Positions 22,501 through 35,218 of a stretch of 64,000 nucleotides of DNA are shown here, piece after piece. The notes beneath the pieces were generated by a model that had not been told where the DNA came from, searched no databases, and saw nothing but the letters and a program-made list of their open reading frames with translations. Made by a program: the position numbers and the translations under genes. Origin of the DNA: Lama guanicoe (taxonomy: Eukaryota); contig MU053881.1 of NCBI GenBank assembly GCA_013239625.1, forward strand, positions 558,001 through 622,000, given 5' to 3'. Numbering within the stretch: the first letter of the stretch is position 1; every line of letters starts with the position of its first letter.

Positions 22501-25500
22501 CTTTTTTTAAGATTCTACATATAAGTGACATATCATATTCTTTCTCTTTCTAATCATATTCTTTTCTGTCTTACTTCACCTGGAATGATGATCTCCAGGT
22601 CCATCCATGTTGCTGCAAATGGCATTATTTTATTATTTTTTATAGCTGAGTAGTATTCCATTGTATAAATATACCATAACTTCTCTATCCAGTCATCTGA
22701 CAGTGGACATTTAGGTTGCTCCTTTTTTTTTTTAAATCAAAGTGTTGATTTATGATAATATGTTAGTTTCAGGTGTACAGCAAAGTGATTCAGTTATACA
22801 TATTTTCTTTCCAATTCTTTTTCATCATAGGTTATTGCAAGATAGTGAATGTAGTTCTCTGTGCTACACAGCAGATCCTTGTTTATCTGTTTTATATGTA
22901 ATAGTGTATATCTGTAAATCCCAAACTCCTAATTTATCCCTCCCCCCATTTCTCCTTTGGTAACTGTAAGTTTGTTTTCTGTGTCTAAGTCTGTTTCTGT
23001 TTTGTAAATAAGTTCATTTGTATTATTTTTTTAGATTCCACATATAAGTGATATCATATGATATTTGTCTTTGTCTATCTGACTTACTTCACTCAATATG
23101 ATAATCTCTAGGTCCATCCATGTTGCTGCAAATGGCAATATTTCATTATTCTTATGGCTGAGTAATATTCCATTATATATATAGATATACCACCATCATA
23201 TATATTAATATATATATAAATAAAATCTTTATCCATTCATCTGTTAATGGACATTTATATACCCTTTTTTATGTATGATAAAACCTTGGCACCTAGGACA
23301 GTGCCTGTGACATAGTAAATGCTTGCTCAATAAATGTTTGTTGAACGAATAAATGACCAGTCCCACACTGATGGGCATTTAGGTTGATTTTCGTTTTCAT
23401 TGCTGTGAACAACTCTGCAGTGAAACTTACTACAAATACCTCTTTCTTCACTTGGCCAATTATTTCCTTAGGACAAATTCCTAGAAGTTAAATCAAGGAA
23501 TTCTTTCAACCAAAGATCTTTTAGTTGCAAATAATAGGGAAAAAGAAAAAACAACTTTAGAATGGTTTCAGCAAAAATTTTAAAGGTACTGACAAGGTCA
23601 TGGGGTATCTTGGAGAATCCAAGGGAGGAGTTTCATCCTTGGCCCCTTGAAGAACTAAACTGAAGAGCAGTCGACAGCACCAGTGCCATCTTGTCCTGTC
23701 TGCCTCCTTCCCTCACCCAGTTTCTCCCTGTGCCTTCCTTCCCACTCCCTACCTCCACTCCTTCCCTTCCTCTCTCTCCCCAGTTCACAGTAACACACTC
23801 CACTCACGGACCACAGAATCTCATTTGAAACCCACTGGAATAGCTGAGTCCCAGTTATGAACTCCTGGGAGAAGCAGTCTGGTTGGTCTAGTTGACTCAG
23901 ATCTCCTGCTCTGGTCCAGTCAAGTGGAAGTAGGGTGGGATTGGGGACAGTCAGGTCACCTGTCAGCAGAGCAGCCGAGGCCCACCCTGAGATTGGGCCT
24001 CAGAAGACGGGGGCCTGGCTCATAAGCCAGTGACTGCTGCTGCTTTTAGATGTCAGCTTGTGTTGGGAAGTCTTAAGGAGGCTCTGCCTTCCTCTCAGCC
24101 TCTCCATGCTTGTGCAGTGGTGGGTGGCTTACGATTGACTGGGCCACCGTAACAAATAGTCACCAAACTGTGGTGCTTAACACAAAAGAAGTCGTTTCTC
24201 TTGCTCTTGTAACAGTCCTGGGAGGGACTGAGATCAGAAGGGCAGCTGTCCTTGGTATGGGCATCCGGGGACCCAGGTGCCTGCCGTCTGATGGTTCTGT
24301 TACTCCCTGAGATTTGTACGCTGCTGTCTCTAGCCCCTGAAGGGGCAAGAGCATGGGGGCAATACCCAGGAGGGCTCTGGAAGCGACTCACGTTCCGCTG
24401 GAGGGAACCTGGTCTAGTGGCCACACCTGACTGAAAGGAAGACTAGAAAATATAGCGTTGTTTGTTTCCAGGAAAAGGGAGAACGCATTGCAGTGTCTGC
24501 TCTGCACTCTGCCTACCAGTTACGGCAGACGCAGGCCGTCATTCCTTTTGAACCATGCCCTTCCCCCTCCCCTTCCTTTTCTTCTGCCTGCACTTGAACT
24601 TGCCCCAAACAGGATCTCACCCCCCATCAGTCCACTAACGTTGCTCCTGTCCAAGCCAGCAGTGATCTCTGTGTTGCTAAAAACGATGGTCGGCTCTCAG
24701 CCCTCAAGTGACTTGACTTACTGGTGGCATCTGTCCGTTTGTCACTTCCTCCACGTCTAGGCGGTGTGTGCCGTCTATGCCCAAGTACCAGGGTCACCCA
24801 TAACCCGAGAGGCCAGGCTTTCCATTGGAACCAGAACTTGCTTCAGTTGCAGAAAGAAGGCAAGGCTGTTCTAAAAATCCTGAACAGCCAAGGATATCTG
24901 TCTTGTCTTCTCTTACTCCTGTTACCTCCCTGGAACAGCCAATCACTTCTGAAAATACGGCACAGAAAGAGGGAAAGACAGTTCCTTTTCCTCTGAGTCT
25001 TCCCTTACTCCTCAGTGAGCTGAAAGCTGACAGCATGGATAGTGTCTGTGTACCAAGAACTGAAGTAAGCGTGAGTTCACTGGAATTCCCTGTTCCTGGG
25101 GCATCAGGCATGCTGTGTGAAAACGGGCAAGGAACAGTGGGCACCCTGGGTGTCCTCGACTCAGGCGTGCTTCCTTATCTCATCAGACTTCACTGACACC
25201 TGTTCGTGTAAGATGATTAAGAATTTCGGGATGGGGACAGCAGAGCAGGTCTCATAGCCCCCGTAAGGCTGACCTGCCTGTAGCAGGGCCTACACTCCCA
25301 ACCTCATCTCCTGCCACCTGCCCCCAGACCGCTCCACTCCGGCCACCTGGCCTCCTCCCTGTTCCTCCAGAGCGCCAGGCCGGGGGGCTTCGCACTCCTT
25401 CCCGTGTCATTGCTTCTGCTGAATGCTCCTCCCCAGGTGTCCGCGTGACTTGCTCCCTCCTGTGTTCCTATTCTGTGTTGAGATGGCACCTTCTTGGTGG

Positions 25501-28500
25501 TCCAGTCCTTGATCCCTCGAACACCCCATAGAAATTGTCTACTCTGGCCCCACTCCACCCCGCCCTTCATTGCCTAACTCTCCTCCGCAGCCCTTCTCAC
25601 CACTTGATGGCCACGTGGGCGACTTAGGTACACACTGTCTGTCCCCTGTCACTACAGTGTGAGCTCCACGCCGACAGTGATGTGTGTCCACTGCTGTGCT
25701 GTGTTGTCCTTACCTAGCTCTGCGATGACACATAACAAGTGCTTAATAAATAATACTAAGTAAATGAGTGTCTGCTCAGTAAAAGAAAGTGTCTCATTTA
25801 TTTTGTAGTCTTCAGCTTGTGGGTGAGGGATAAGTGTTACTTCATATGTTTATTGACAATTTGCATTATTTTTCTTCTGAATTTCACATGACCATTAACC
25901 AGTCTGCGTGGGTGTTTAGGGGTTGAGTTTGGCTTTGGCGTGAGGAGTCAGGGTAACGGTGGGCGGCCAGACGGGCTGAAACTCTCGGTCTGTGAAACTG
26001 TCAGTTTGTAAACCGCTGCAGACGTGGCAGGCAGTCGTTAGGGCTCCTGCGTGGTGCTGTGGGGCTCACCCGCCCCGAGTGAATTTCTGATGGATCTGTT
26101 TCTTTAGCATTCTGTCAGCACTTTTTAAACTTAATATTTTTGTTTGTTTGTTTCTCAGGCTTACGGCGAGGGCTCTGGTGCAGACTGTAGACGCCATGTC
26201 CAAAAGTTAAATCTGCTTCAGGGACAGATTTCAGAGACGTCACTCAGGTACAGTAGTTCGAGAAGGGCTCCGTTATGCTGCCCTGGTTTCATCTGGAGCG
26301 GACGGCAACGGCATACAATGGAGACATCCCTGACATTTCTGTGTCTTACAATATGGCGATTAGATATGGAACAATCTTCCCACTGAAAATAATTTAAAAT
26401 GCAGGCCACGACATTTTAAATGCACTGATGTAATGACAAGAAAATAAGTAGCCATCAAAAGCCCAAATCCGGAGGGGGAGCAGCCGGGCTGCTGGGCATT
26501 GACACCTGGTGCCCCGCAGCTCCCACTTCGGCTGGGAGGAGGCAGGAGACAAGACGGGGCCCGGAGCCCGCTCAGTGTAGGAAGGCCAATAGGAGACCGC
26601 CACCTGAAGCCCAGTCCCCGGCGGACCACACCCGCGGCATACAAGTAAACTAGCCACGCACCCCTCACCGCAGGGAGCCCGCGGGGCTGACCTTGGCACT
26701 GGCTGAAGAGGGGAAATATGGCTCCAGGAGTTTATCAGCACAGGGAAGCTGTCACATGGCCTTTCAGCCTTTTACACATGCTGTGTGGAAAGTCTCAAGC
26801 TGAGATTTTTTTTTTTTTTGTCCCAGGAAGCAGAGGTAAATGCAGCTCCGTTTTGGAGCAATACGTCTTCAACCCAGGTGTCAAAGAATTCTCACAGATA
26901 AAGTTCTAAGGGGCATGTGCCAGAGGTAAAAAAAATCAGTACACTTACTTAAAGAAGCACATCACCATGAGCAAAAGACAGCAGAAATGACAGAAAATCT
27001 GACCCACACAGACTTCAGGATACATAATTTTCATGTGTAATATGTTTAATGGAATCAGAAGAGCGGGGTTGATATGAGCCAGAGATAACCAAACAGTTTT
27101 GAAGAAAGAATCAAAAAGAGTTTGTAGAAATGAAAAGTGTAGTCATTGAAATTAAAAATTTAGTGGGCCATCAAAAAAATCAATTAAAAAATGTAGTGGA
27201 CCATTAAACAGATTATGTGTAGCCAAAGAGAGAATTAGTGAAATGAAAGATAAATCCGAAGATGGTTCACAGTGCAGCACAGAAGGATAAAAAGGTGGAA
27301 AATATGAGTTGAGAGACAGGAAGGACACAGAGAGGAGTTCCAGCAAGAGATAATAAAGGATGTTTCTGCAGAGAAATGAACAGAGCACTTCCCAGAATCA
27401 AAGGGCTTATGTTCATAGATTCAGGAAACACAGCAAATCCCAAACTGGATAAAGACGTGGTGTACACAGAATAATCTTAAGGAATCTACACAGAACCTTC
27501 TAGAACTTACATAGTCGGCATAGAAAACTAAATTTTACTTCTATATAAGTGCAGCAAACAATAGGAAAAATGATTTTTTAATCAAATACCATTTATAATA
27601 CCATCAAAAAATACAGTACTTAGGGATGAATCTAACCCAAAAATGTGCAAGGTCTTTTCAGTAAAAACTACAAAACATTGCTGAGAAAAATTTAAAAAGA
27701 TCTAAATGAAGAAATTTAACACATTCATGGATTAGAAAACTCACTACAGTGGCCTTGTACTCAGCAACAAAAAGATGGGCAAACCTCGGAAACATTTTCT
27801 GTATCTTGCTAATTATATCTCAAAAAATAGTTTTCAGTATCTCAGCTGGGATGATAGTTTCAAAGATATAATTTATCAAAGCTCATTTAACTACAGGGGT
27901 GGACACAGCTCAGTGGTAGAGTGTGTGCCTAGCATGCACAAGGTCCTGGGTTCAACCCCCAGTACCTCCATTAAAAATAATCAATAAATAAAAGCTTAAT
28001 GACCTCCTCCCTCAAAATAAATAAAAATAAAAATGTGCAATTGTAGCAAAAATTCTTAAAAAGAACCCTCATCTAACTACACTTAAATGGGTATGTGTTA
28101 GTGTATGTTAATTATACCTCAGTAAGTTTTTTGGTTTTTTGAGGGGGAGTAGTTAGGTTTGTTTATTTATTTATTTTGATGGAGGTACTGGGGACTGAAC
28201 CCAGGACCTCATACATGCTAGGCATGACCTCTACCCCTGAGCTATACCCTCCCCACGTTTTTATTTGTTTGGGGTTTTTTGTTGTTGTTGTTTTATTTTT
28301 TAATGGAGGTACTGGGGACTGAATCAGGACCTCGTGCATGCTAAGCGTGCGCTGTACCACTGAGCTATACCTCACTCCCAATAAGTTAACTGTAAAAGTC
28401 AAAAAAAGTCTGCCCTTAGACACAACAACATAATAAAATTGCGGAACATGGAAGACAAAGGGAAGGGCTGAAAGGTAGCTACAGGAACTGTAGACAGCAG

Positions 28501-31500
28501 CTTCTCCGGGTAACGCTAAAAGCGAGAAGGCAGACAGTACCTTCCGGCTGCTGAGAGATGGCCCGTGGCTGACGGAGCTGAGTGCCTGCACCAGGGGAAG
28601 GTGAGCGGGGCTCTGGCCAGTTGCTGGTGGGACATTGCTCACCTGAACGTTGGGAGTATCCGCCATGTGATGGGGGTGGGTGTTTCCCATGCATGAGCTC
28701 ATCTCATCTCCCGGATCGCTCTGAGCATCACTTCTTTTCATAGATGAAGAAACCGAAGTGGAGGTGGGGTTCTCACCCTCGTTCACTAGAGAGAGTTCCA
28801 ATCGATCATGTGACGTAGCAGCCCTGTCTGACGTGGGTATACATGGCTGTGGGGCTAAACTTGATTCCTTGCAGAATGAATGTTTTCACTGACCCTCCAA
28901 CCCCACTTGAGGCTGCAGAGACTGCCTCCTCACTCCGCTCTGTGTGGCGGGGAACCCTGCTGTCCCTGGGAGGCTGGATGAAGTCACCCTGGCACGTCAG
29001 ACTCATGAAGCTGCCTTCTCTCTTGTAGTGTGGAGACACAGCCCAACTGGAAGGACACTCATCTGACCCTGTGTGATGGGGACATGTCCACTGCTGATGG
29101 GAGAGCCTCACTGTGCTGCAGGAGTTCAGCTGACTTTAGTCTGTGGTCCAGGCCCTGAGCAGGGCACGCGCACACTTACTGTCTCATTTATCTTCATAGT
29201 CACCCCAGCACTATTGTCCCCATTTGTGGATAAGTAAACTGGGATACAGTGATGTGCCCAGGGTCACACTGTCAGTGACAGCCAGGCGCTGGCAAAGCCA
29301 GGATGCAGACTCTGGTCTCTCTGGGTTAAAAGTCTGTTCCTTCTGCCCTGTGTCAGCTTTTCCTGTTGATCAGAGGAACAGATGGTCCCTCTGCCTTCTA
29401 AGCTAGAAAATTACCAAATCACATCCCAACACCGGAGACAAGTTCTAAGTTCTCCTGAAGAGGCTCTGATGGCCATTGTCAAGTCCTTGCATTCTGCTGC
29501 CCCCATCTTCCTTGTCCTTCTTGCTGGTCATTTCGCAAAGGACACATGTACAATCTTTCCCTCAGGTCTCTGGAGGAATCCGTGAGTGCCGACGAGGAGG
29601 ACAGCGCAGGTCCTGGGTGGGCTGTGCACGCGGGTCTGCAGGTAAGCCGGCAGCGCCGTCTCCACCAGCTCCCGGAGCCGCTCCGTCACCGAGGGGCTCC
29701 CGTGTATTCACTCATTCTATTCATTCATTCGTCGTTTGTTCAGCAAACGCTTGTTGATGTCACCCAATGACACGCACATGGGGTAAAAGCTTCAGGGAAC
29801 TCAAAAATAAACCTCCCCCTTCCGTAAGTGTGGAGACAGCCAGCCACGTGAACAAGTAATTACAGTACTCGTGGAAAGGGCTTTTTCTTCTGGCTGCTTG
29901 GAGAATTCTCCTGAACTTGGCTTGAACTTCGCCTCCTCGTGCTTCTCCTCTGTCCCTAGCACTGGGCACACCCCTGGTCACGGAAGGATGCTGCTGTACA
30001 GTGGCTGCATTTCCACGTTCCCTCTCTCCGCACTGAGCCCCACAGGGGGGCTCGCGTTCAGTTGCTCTGCCCCGGGGCCTGGTAAGGTAGGTGCTCAAAC
30101 AGTATTGGATGGGCAGCACGCGCAAGGGTTCGAGTGAGTAGGTGATGCCCTCAGTACATCCAGGACGCCGTGGGTATGCGGAACACTGTCCTGCCAGGGA
30201 CAGGGAAGTGCGGACAGTTGTCCACAGGCTCCCTGCCCGCCTGAGGGCAGAGCCCCGCCTCTGCTCACAGAGCTGCCCTGGCAGCATCCTCTCTCCAGTT
30301 GCTCTTTGAACCTTTATTATAAATGGGAAATGCTCGTAAGCACACCATTTTATTTGTGTGTGTGTTTGCTTGTTTTCCCTTTTCAGTTCTATTAGGTAGA
30401 ATCATCACGGTCCGACCGCACACACACATCGTGCTGCACGTGAGTGCATGCAGACGGCACGCCGCACATTGTGCTGCACATGAGTGCATGCAGGCGGCAC
30501 GCCGCACACATTGTGCTGCACGTGAGTACATGCAGATGGCACACTGCAAACACTACGTGATCCTTTGTTGGGGATTCTGACGGGTTGCCGCACATTGTGC
30601 TGCACATGAGTGCATGCAGGCGGCACGCCGCACACATTGTGCTGCACGTGAGTACATGCAGATGGCACACTGCACACACACATTGTGCCGCACACAAACA
30701 TCGTGCTGCACGTGAGTGCATGCAGATGGCACACTGCAAACACATTGTGCTGCACGTGAGTGCATGCAGGCGGCACACCGCACACACACATTGTGCTGCA
30801 CGTGAGTGCATGCAGACGGCACGCCACACATTGTGCTGCACGTGAGTGCATGCAGGCGGCACACCGCACACACACATCGTGCTGCACGTGAGTGCATGCA
30901 GACGGCACGCCGCACATTGTGCTGCACATGAGTGCATGCAGGCGGCACGCCGCACACATTGTGCTGCACGTGAGTACATGCAGATGGCACACTGCAAACA
31001 CATCGTGCTGCACGTGAGTGCATGCAGACGGCACGCCACACATTGTGCTGCACGTGAGTGCATGCAGGCGGCACACCGCACACACACATCGTGCTGCACG
31101 TGAGTGCATGCAGACGGCACGCCGCACATTGTGCTGCACATGAGTGCATGCAGGCGGCACGCCGCACACATTGTGCTGCACGTGAGTACATGCAGATGGC
31201 ACACTGCAAACACATCGTGCTGCACGTGAGTGCATGCAGACGGCACGCCACACATTGTGCTGCACGTGAGTGCATGCAGGCGGCACACCGCACACACACA
31301 TCGTGCTGCACGTGAGTGCATGCAGACGGCACGCCGCACATTGTGCTGCACATGAGTGCATGCAGGCGGCACGCCGCACACATTGTGCTGCACGTGAGTA
31401 CATGCAGATGGCACACTGCACACACACATTGTGCCGCACACACACATCGTGCTGCACGTGAGTGCATGCAGATGGCACACTGCAAACACATTGTGCTGCA

Positions 31501-34500
31501 CGTGAGTACATGCAGACGGCACACCGCACACACATTGTGCTGCACGTGAGTGCATGCAGGCGGCACACTGCACCTGTTTTAGTTTATATATGTGTGCTGA
31601 TCATTGTTTCTAAGAACAAGTTAGAGCTTTGGCTTTTTAAACTTACAGTTAGAGCACCATTTTAACACACCAGCTCTTGTATGTTTGGAATACCCAGTTT
31701 CTTTAATTACAGGCTTAACCTTTCATCACCTCCACTGTAAGACATACTCGTTCACATCCTGGAATTTTTACTTGTGTCATTAATTCTTCTATGTTCCTAT
31801 GCAGTTTTCAATGATTTTCATTTTTAAAAAGTACATACAGAATGGAATGGATGTGCCAATAGTTATTCCCTTATTGGGCATTTAGATTGTTCCCAAACTT
31901 TTGCTGCTATGACTGTTTGCTTTGTAAGACTTTGATGAGCATCTTTGTGCCTTTGTCTTCATTTGGAACTACTGGGCCAGGGAGTGTGCACACTTGCAAA
32001 CTTCTTGATAAGTTGTGCCCTGCAGCTCCCCCAAGGGGTGTGCCAGGGTGCTCCGTCCAAGACACCCGTCTCCCATTACCTTCCAACCAAATTCCTTTCC
32101 TGGTCACACAGTAGCCGTGGGTCCTGAGACCCTCAGGCCTCAGAGTCGGGCTGGGGAATTTGAGTAAAGGTGCCTGCTTTCCAACTCTGAGGATAAACTA
32201 ACTTCCCAATCCTGTAGGAGAAACCCCAGCCCTCAAAGAACCGCTGGCTGAAGTATCTGGAAAGGGACTCCGAAGAGCCGGGGCCAGAAGGAGGAGCGTG
32301 TTCCAACAGACAGCCCTCACCCGAGACAGAGAAGCCAGAGCCTCCCCGCCGCACAGGCCTGCCTAGGAAAAGGTGCCAAGTGGTCACTAACCCAGCCCCC
32401 TCCCCTGCCCGCCTCGCCCACTGGTGAGCGGCTTCCTGTGGTCGGCATCGTGGGAGAAACCTAAGGGATGTGAGCTGGCAGCGCCGTCACTGCGGGCCGT
32501 CTGTCCTGGCCGGGCACTGGGTGCTGCCCGTGCAAGGTGAGGGCCGGGCGGATGCCAGCACGGGCGCCATTCACGAGGCTTGCTTAATTCTGGACATCTA
32601 GACTGCACTGGCGTCAGGGAAGATCCTGAGGGCAAGGCTGACGAAGTGTGGCCAGAGAGCCGACAGGCCTGGCAGCTTTTAGCCAAGAGCAGGAAAGACC
32701 TGACCCTCATGGGTCTGTTCTCGTCTTCTCTGCGCTTCAGTGAGTTTTCGAGACTGTCTCACCTACGTCTAGGGTGTCTCCTCTGGGGCAGATGCCAGTG
32801 GGAGGTAGATTCCAGTTCAAAATAAGATCTTTCTAGCAACCGCCAGCTGTGGAGCAGAGAAGTGGACTGCCCTGGATGCCACTGGGCAGCCTGTTGTTGG
32901 CAGCGGGGCACCTGGGGAGCTACAAGGGGTGACAAGGTCCCTACCTGGGCTGGGGTCCGACCACCAAGTCAGGGTCATGGCCACTGTTCAGCGGTAGGAC
33001 TGGGTTCTTGACAGCACTTTCCCTCTGCCAGGAAGTGGAGCCAGAGCGCAGTCCAGCCTCCGTGCAGCCCTGATGTCCAGGACTCCAGAAACCGTGGTGT
33101 CACCTTGGAGCCCCTGAAGGTCAGTGACTGATGACAGTGTTTCTCTTTAGTCCCAGTGGCCACTGAACACATGCAGGAGTTTTTCATTGTTTTGTGGACA
33201 ACTGGAATGGGAGACTCACGTGCCCCCAGAGCCCGACTTCCCACCCATGTGTCGTGTCTTCTGTCTTGAGCCGTCTCCTCTCTGGCCTGCGCTGCCCCCG
33301 CTGCACTTCTGCCAGCGACGCTGACCGCCGGGCAGGAGGGCAGCTTGGCGCCTTGAGGGCGGCTGGGGTTGACCAGCGGAGCTTTTCTCGTCTCTTCACT
33401 CCACATGGAGAGTCTGTGTCAGACTGTTCAGCATGGGAGGTGCCCCGGATTTCTGGGGGCCTGTTTCCACCCTCACCTTCACTTACCCAGGTGGGCTCCT
33501 GTGCAGTTGGGGCGCCCCCTTCGCCCCGGGCCTGCTCCAGACCCCACCACATCTTCAGGACCGAAGAATGCTGGCCTTGCTTTACAGTCATGGGAGCCAC
33601 GAGCACCCAGCAGAGGAAGCCCGCCACCCCCTGCACAGGCCAGGGCCAGGCTGGCCAGCTTCAGACACGAGCGCAGGGCTCCAGCTCAGAGCCAGGTGGC
33701 TGAGGCCAGACCTTGGTGTTGCTGCCAGCTAGCGGCGTGACCCCGGGTAAGGTCGTGGCCCTGAATCTCCCAAGTGTAGAAGGGCGAGAGTGGCAGTTCC
33801 CGATGCGCAGTGCCTGGGCTGAACCTTCTACCTGCATCCTGTCTAATGCTTGCCTCAGGCCTGTCCCGTTTTGAAGGCGAGGAACTAAGGCTGGCGAAGT
33901 TTCCGTGAGGTCACAGCAGGTCAGGGGCAGAGCTGGCAGTCCTGCCACTAACTGCTGGCCACAGAGCCTCTTCTGTGTGCCTGGGGTGGTGATGCAGGAT
34001 CCTGCTCGTCCTTGCTTTTAAACTCTTTTGTAGGCAGTGAAACCCAATTTTCAGCACATCTTTGGTTCCTGAGGTAGAAGGAAGCCAGGCCCAAGCACCA
34101 CTGTCACATCCCACGGGACCCTGTGCAGCCACTTCACAGCTCAAAACCTTCAACATGCTTCTAGAGACCGTCCCACCGCCTGGAGATGAGCGCGTGGTCT
34201 TCCCAGGCGGTCTCTGGGCCTCCCCTGCTCGCACTTCAGGGGCTCCCTCACTGGACCCTGTGGTCCCCTTGAGATCTGATCACATGAGGACACCGCCCCT
34301 TTTTGGAAAGCCTATCATGGAATTTGGCAGAGGTTTGGAGGTAGAGGGCATTTATTTGCTCTGCTTTGCTAAACCTCAAAATCAAAGCATGTCCCTAGCC
34401 TGCCAGCCCAGACTAGCAGAGCAGAGCAGAAAGCGTCAGAGCCCAGACGTGGTGACAACCACTAGTGCAGGCCCCTCCCCCTGCCCCTCAGGCCCCTGGG

Positions 34501-35021
34501 CACATGTTCTGAGTGGAGAACGGGGCCATCGTGTCGTATTTCCACCACAGGACTGCACTGGCCTGGCAGGGAAGGCCGAAGGAGGACGCAGCCGTGAGGA
34601 CAGGGGCACCAGGGAGCTCGTCGTTCCTTGGGGGGAGCCACCACGTCCTGCCCAGCAGGTCGGGGCCACATCTTCCAAGTGGGAACCATTCCTTCTACCA
34701 CATGTGGACGTGGAGCCCCTGACACTCCTGCAGAGAGGCTCCAAGCCAGCCCGGGCAGCACAGGCTGAGCAGGGGCCCCCTGGGGCCCAGACCCCAAGGG
34801 AAGGAGGCTTCAGCACGACCCCTGGGGTACAGACCCCTCCTCAGGCCACACACACGTCCACGCCTGGGCCCAAGGGGCACTGTGGGAAGACCCCAGAGCA
34901 GTCATGGGGCACAGGCCCTTGGGCAGGGGGTGAGCCCTTGGGCAGAGGGGCGCAGGAGCCTTCTCTCATGCGACTGTGTGACCTCTTTAAAACCGGTGAG
35001 GACTTGGATGACGATCTGTGA
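18981..35021 (+). CDS. MRNIP: MRN complex-interacting protein (C5orf45), 7 exons, 334 aa
   Basis: Exons 18981-19046, 21304-21363, 26159-26247, 29566-29641, 32218-32372, 33032-33119, 34551-35021; 1005 nt in frame. N-terminus [53 protein letters not shown], internal RWLKYL and RKRKW, C-terminal [16 protein letters not shown]. Confidence 0.94.
20923..21043 (+). mobile_element. tRNA-derived SINE (camelid type)
   Basis: gggagggtatagctcagtggtaaag...ggtcctgggttcaatccccagtacctcc plus A-rich tail. Confidence 0.85.
22165..23260 (-). mobile_element. Two adjacent LINE-1 3' fragments (about 22165-22720 and 22725-23260)
   Basis: Each starts with a T tract and contains tccatccatgttgctgcaaatggca and ggctgagta(g/a)tattccatt-like L1 3' text. 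Confidence 0.8.
26930..27745 (+). mobile_element. Degraded LINE-1 internal fragments
   Basis: A-rich with L1-like text (aaataccatttataataccatcaaaa...tacttagggatgaatctaac; cattcatggattagaaaactca). Confidence 0.6.
27896..28032 (+). mobile_element. tRNA-derived SINE (camelid type)
   Basis: ggggtggacacagctcagtggtagag...ggtcctgggttcaacccccagtacctcc plus A-rich tail. Confidence 0.85.
28127..28379 (-). mobile_element. Two tandem tRNA-derived SINEs (28127-28254, 28258-28379)
   Basis: Each shows ggaggtactggggactgaa...aggacctc...tgagctatacc, the reverse complement of the SINE head, preceded by a T-rich tail. Confidence 0.85.
30416..31572. repeat. Minisatellite, ~25 units of 40-46 bp, with a 212-bp higher-order period, in MRNIP intron 4
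   Basis: Unit approximately (CA)n-T[TC]GTGCTGCAC[GA]TGAGT[GA]CATGCAG[GA][CT]GGCAC[GA]C[CT]G; one non-repeat interruption at ~30554-30586. Confidence 0.97.
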
Positions 35022-35147
35022 ACTGAAACTAATGTCATTTGTTACGTGAACCCTTCTTCACTTGACCTCTGCCACTGGAAACAGGGCCCCATGTTGCTTT
35101 TCAGTAGCAGGACTGAGGGTGATTTACAGGAACTGCCAAAGACTGAC

Positions 35148-35153
35148 AATAAA
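35148..35153 (+). terminator. Polyadenylation signal of MRNIP
   Basis: First AATAAA after the stop at 35021. Confidence 0.65.
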
Positions 35154-35212
35154 CGCAGCTATCAAACAGATCACCTCTCGCTGCAGCATCTTTGATTAAA
35201 GTGCTTATACCA

Positions 35213-35218
35213 TTTAAT
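35213..35218 (-). terminator. Candidate polyadenylation signal of SQSTM1 (ATTAAA)
   Basis: tttaat on + equals ATTAAA on the minus strand, ~675 nt after the SQSTM1 stop, in an AT-rich context. Confidence 0.6.

Noticed and set aside
30416..31572. CRISPR-like repeat/spacer array
   Set aside because: Units are contiguous tandem variants with only one unique interruption, the genome is mammalian, and there are no cas genes.
30392..31573. Cys/His-rich ORFs of 337-393 aa in all three minus frames (metallothionein- or keratin-associated-like)
   Set aside because: Translation of a minisatellite whose unit lacks stop codons on that strand. All three frames being open argues against coding selection.
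34062..34550. N-terminal part of the 319-aa ORF as a separate gene
   Set aside because: Only 34551-35021 matches MRNIP and follows a proper acceptor; the upstream part is open intron with a non-ATG start.
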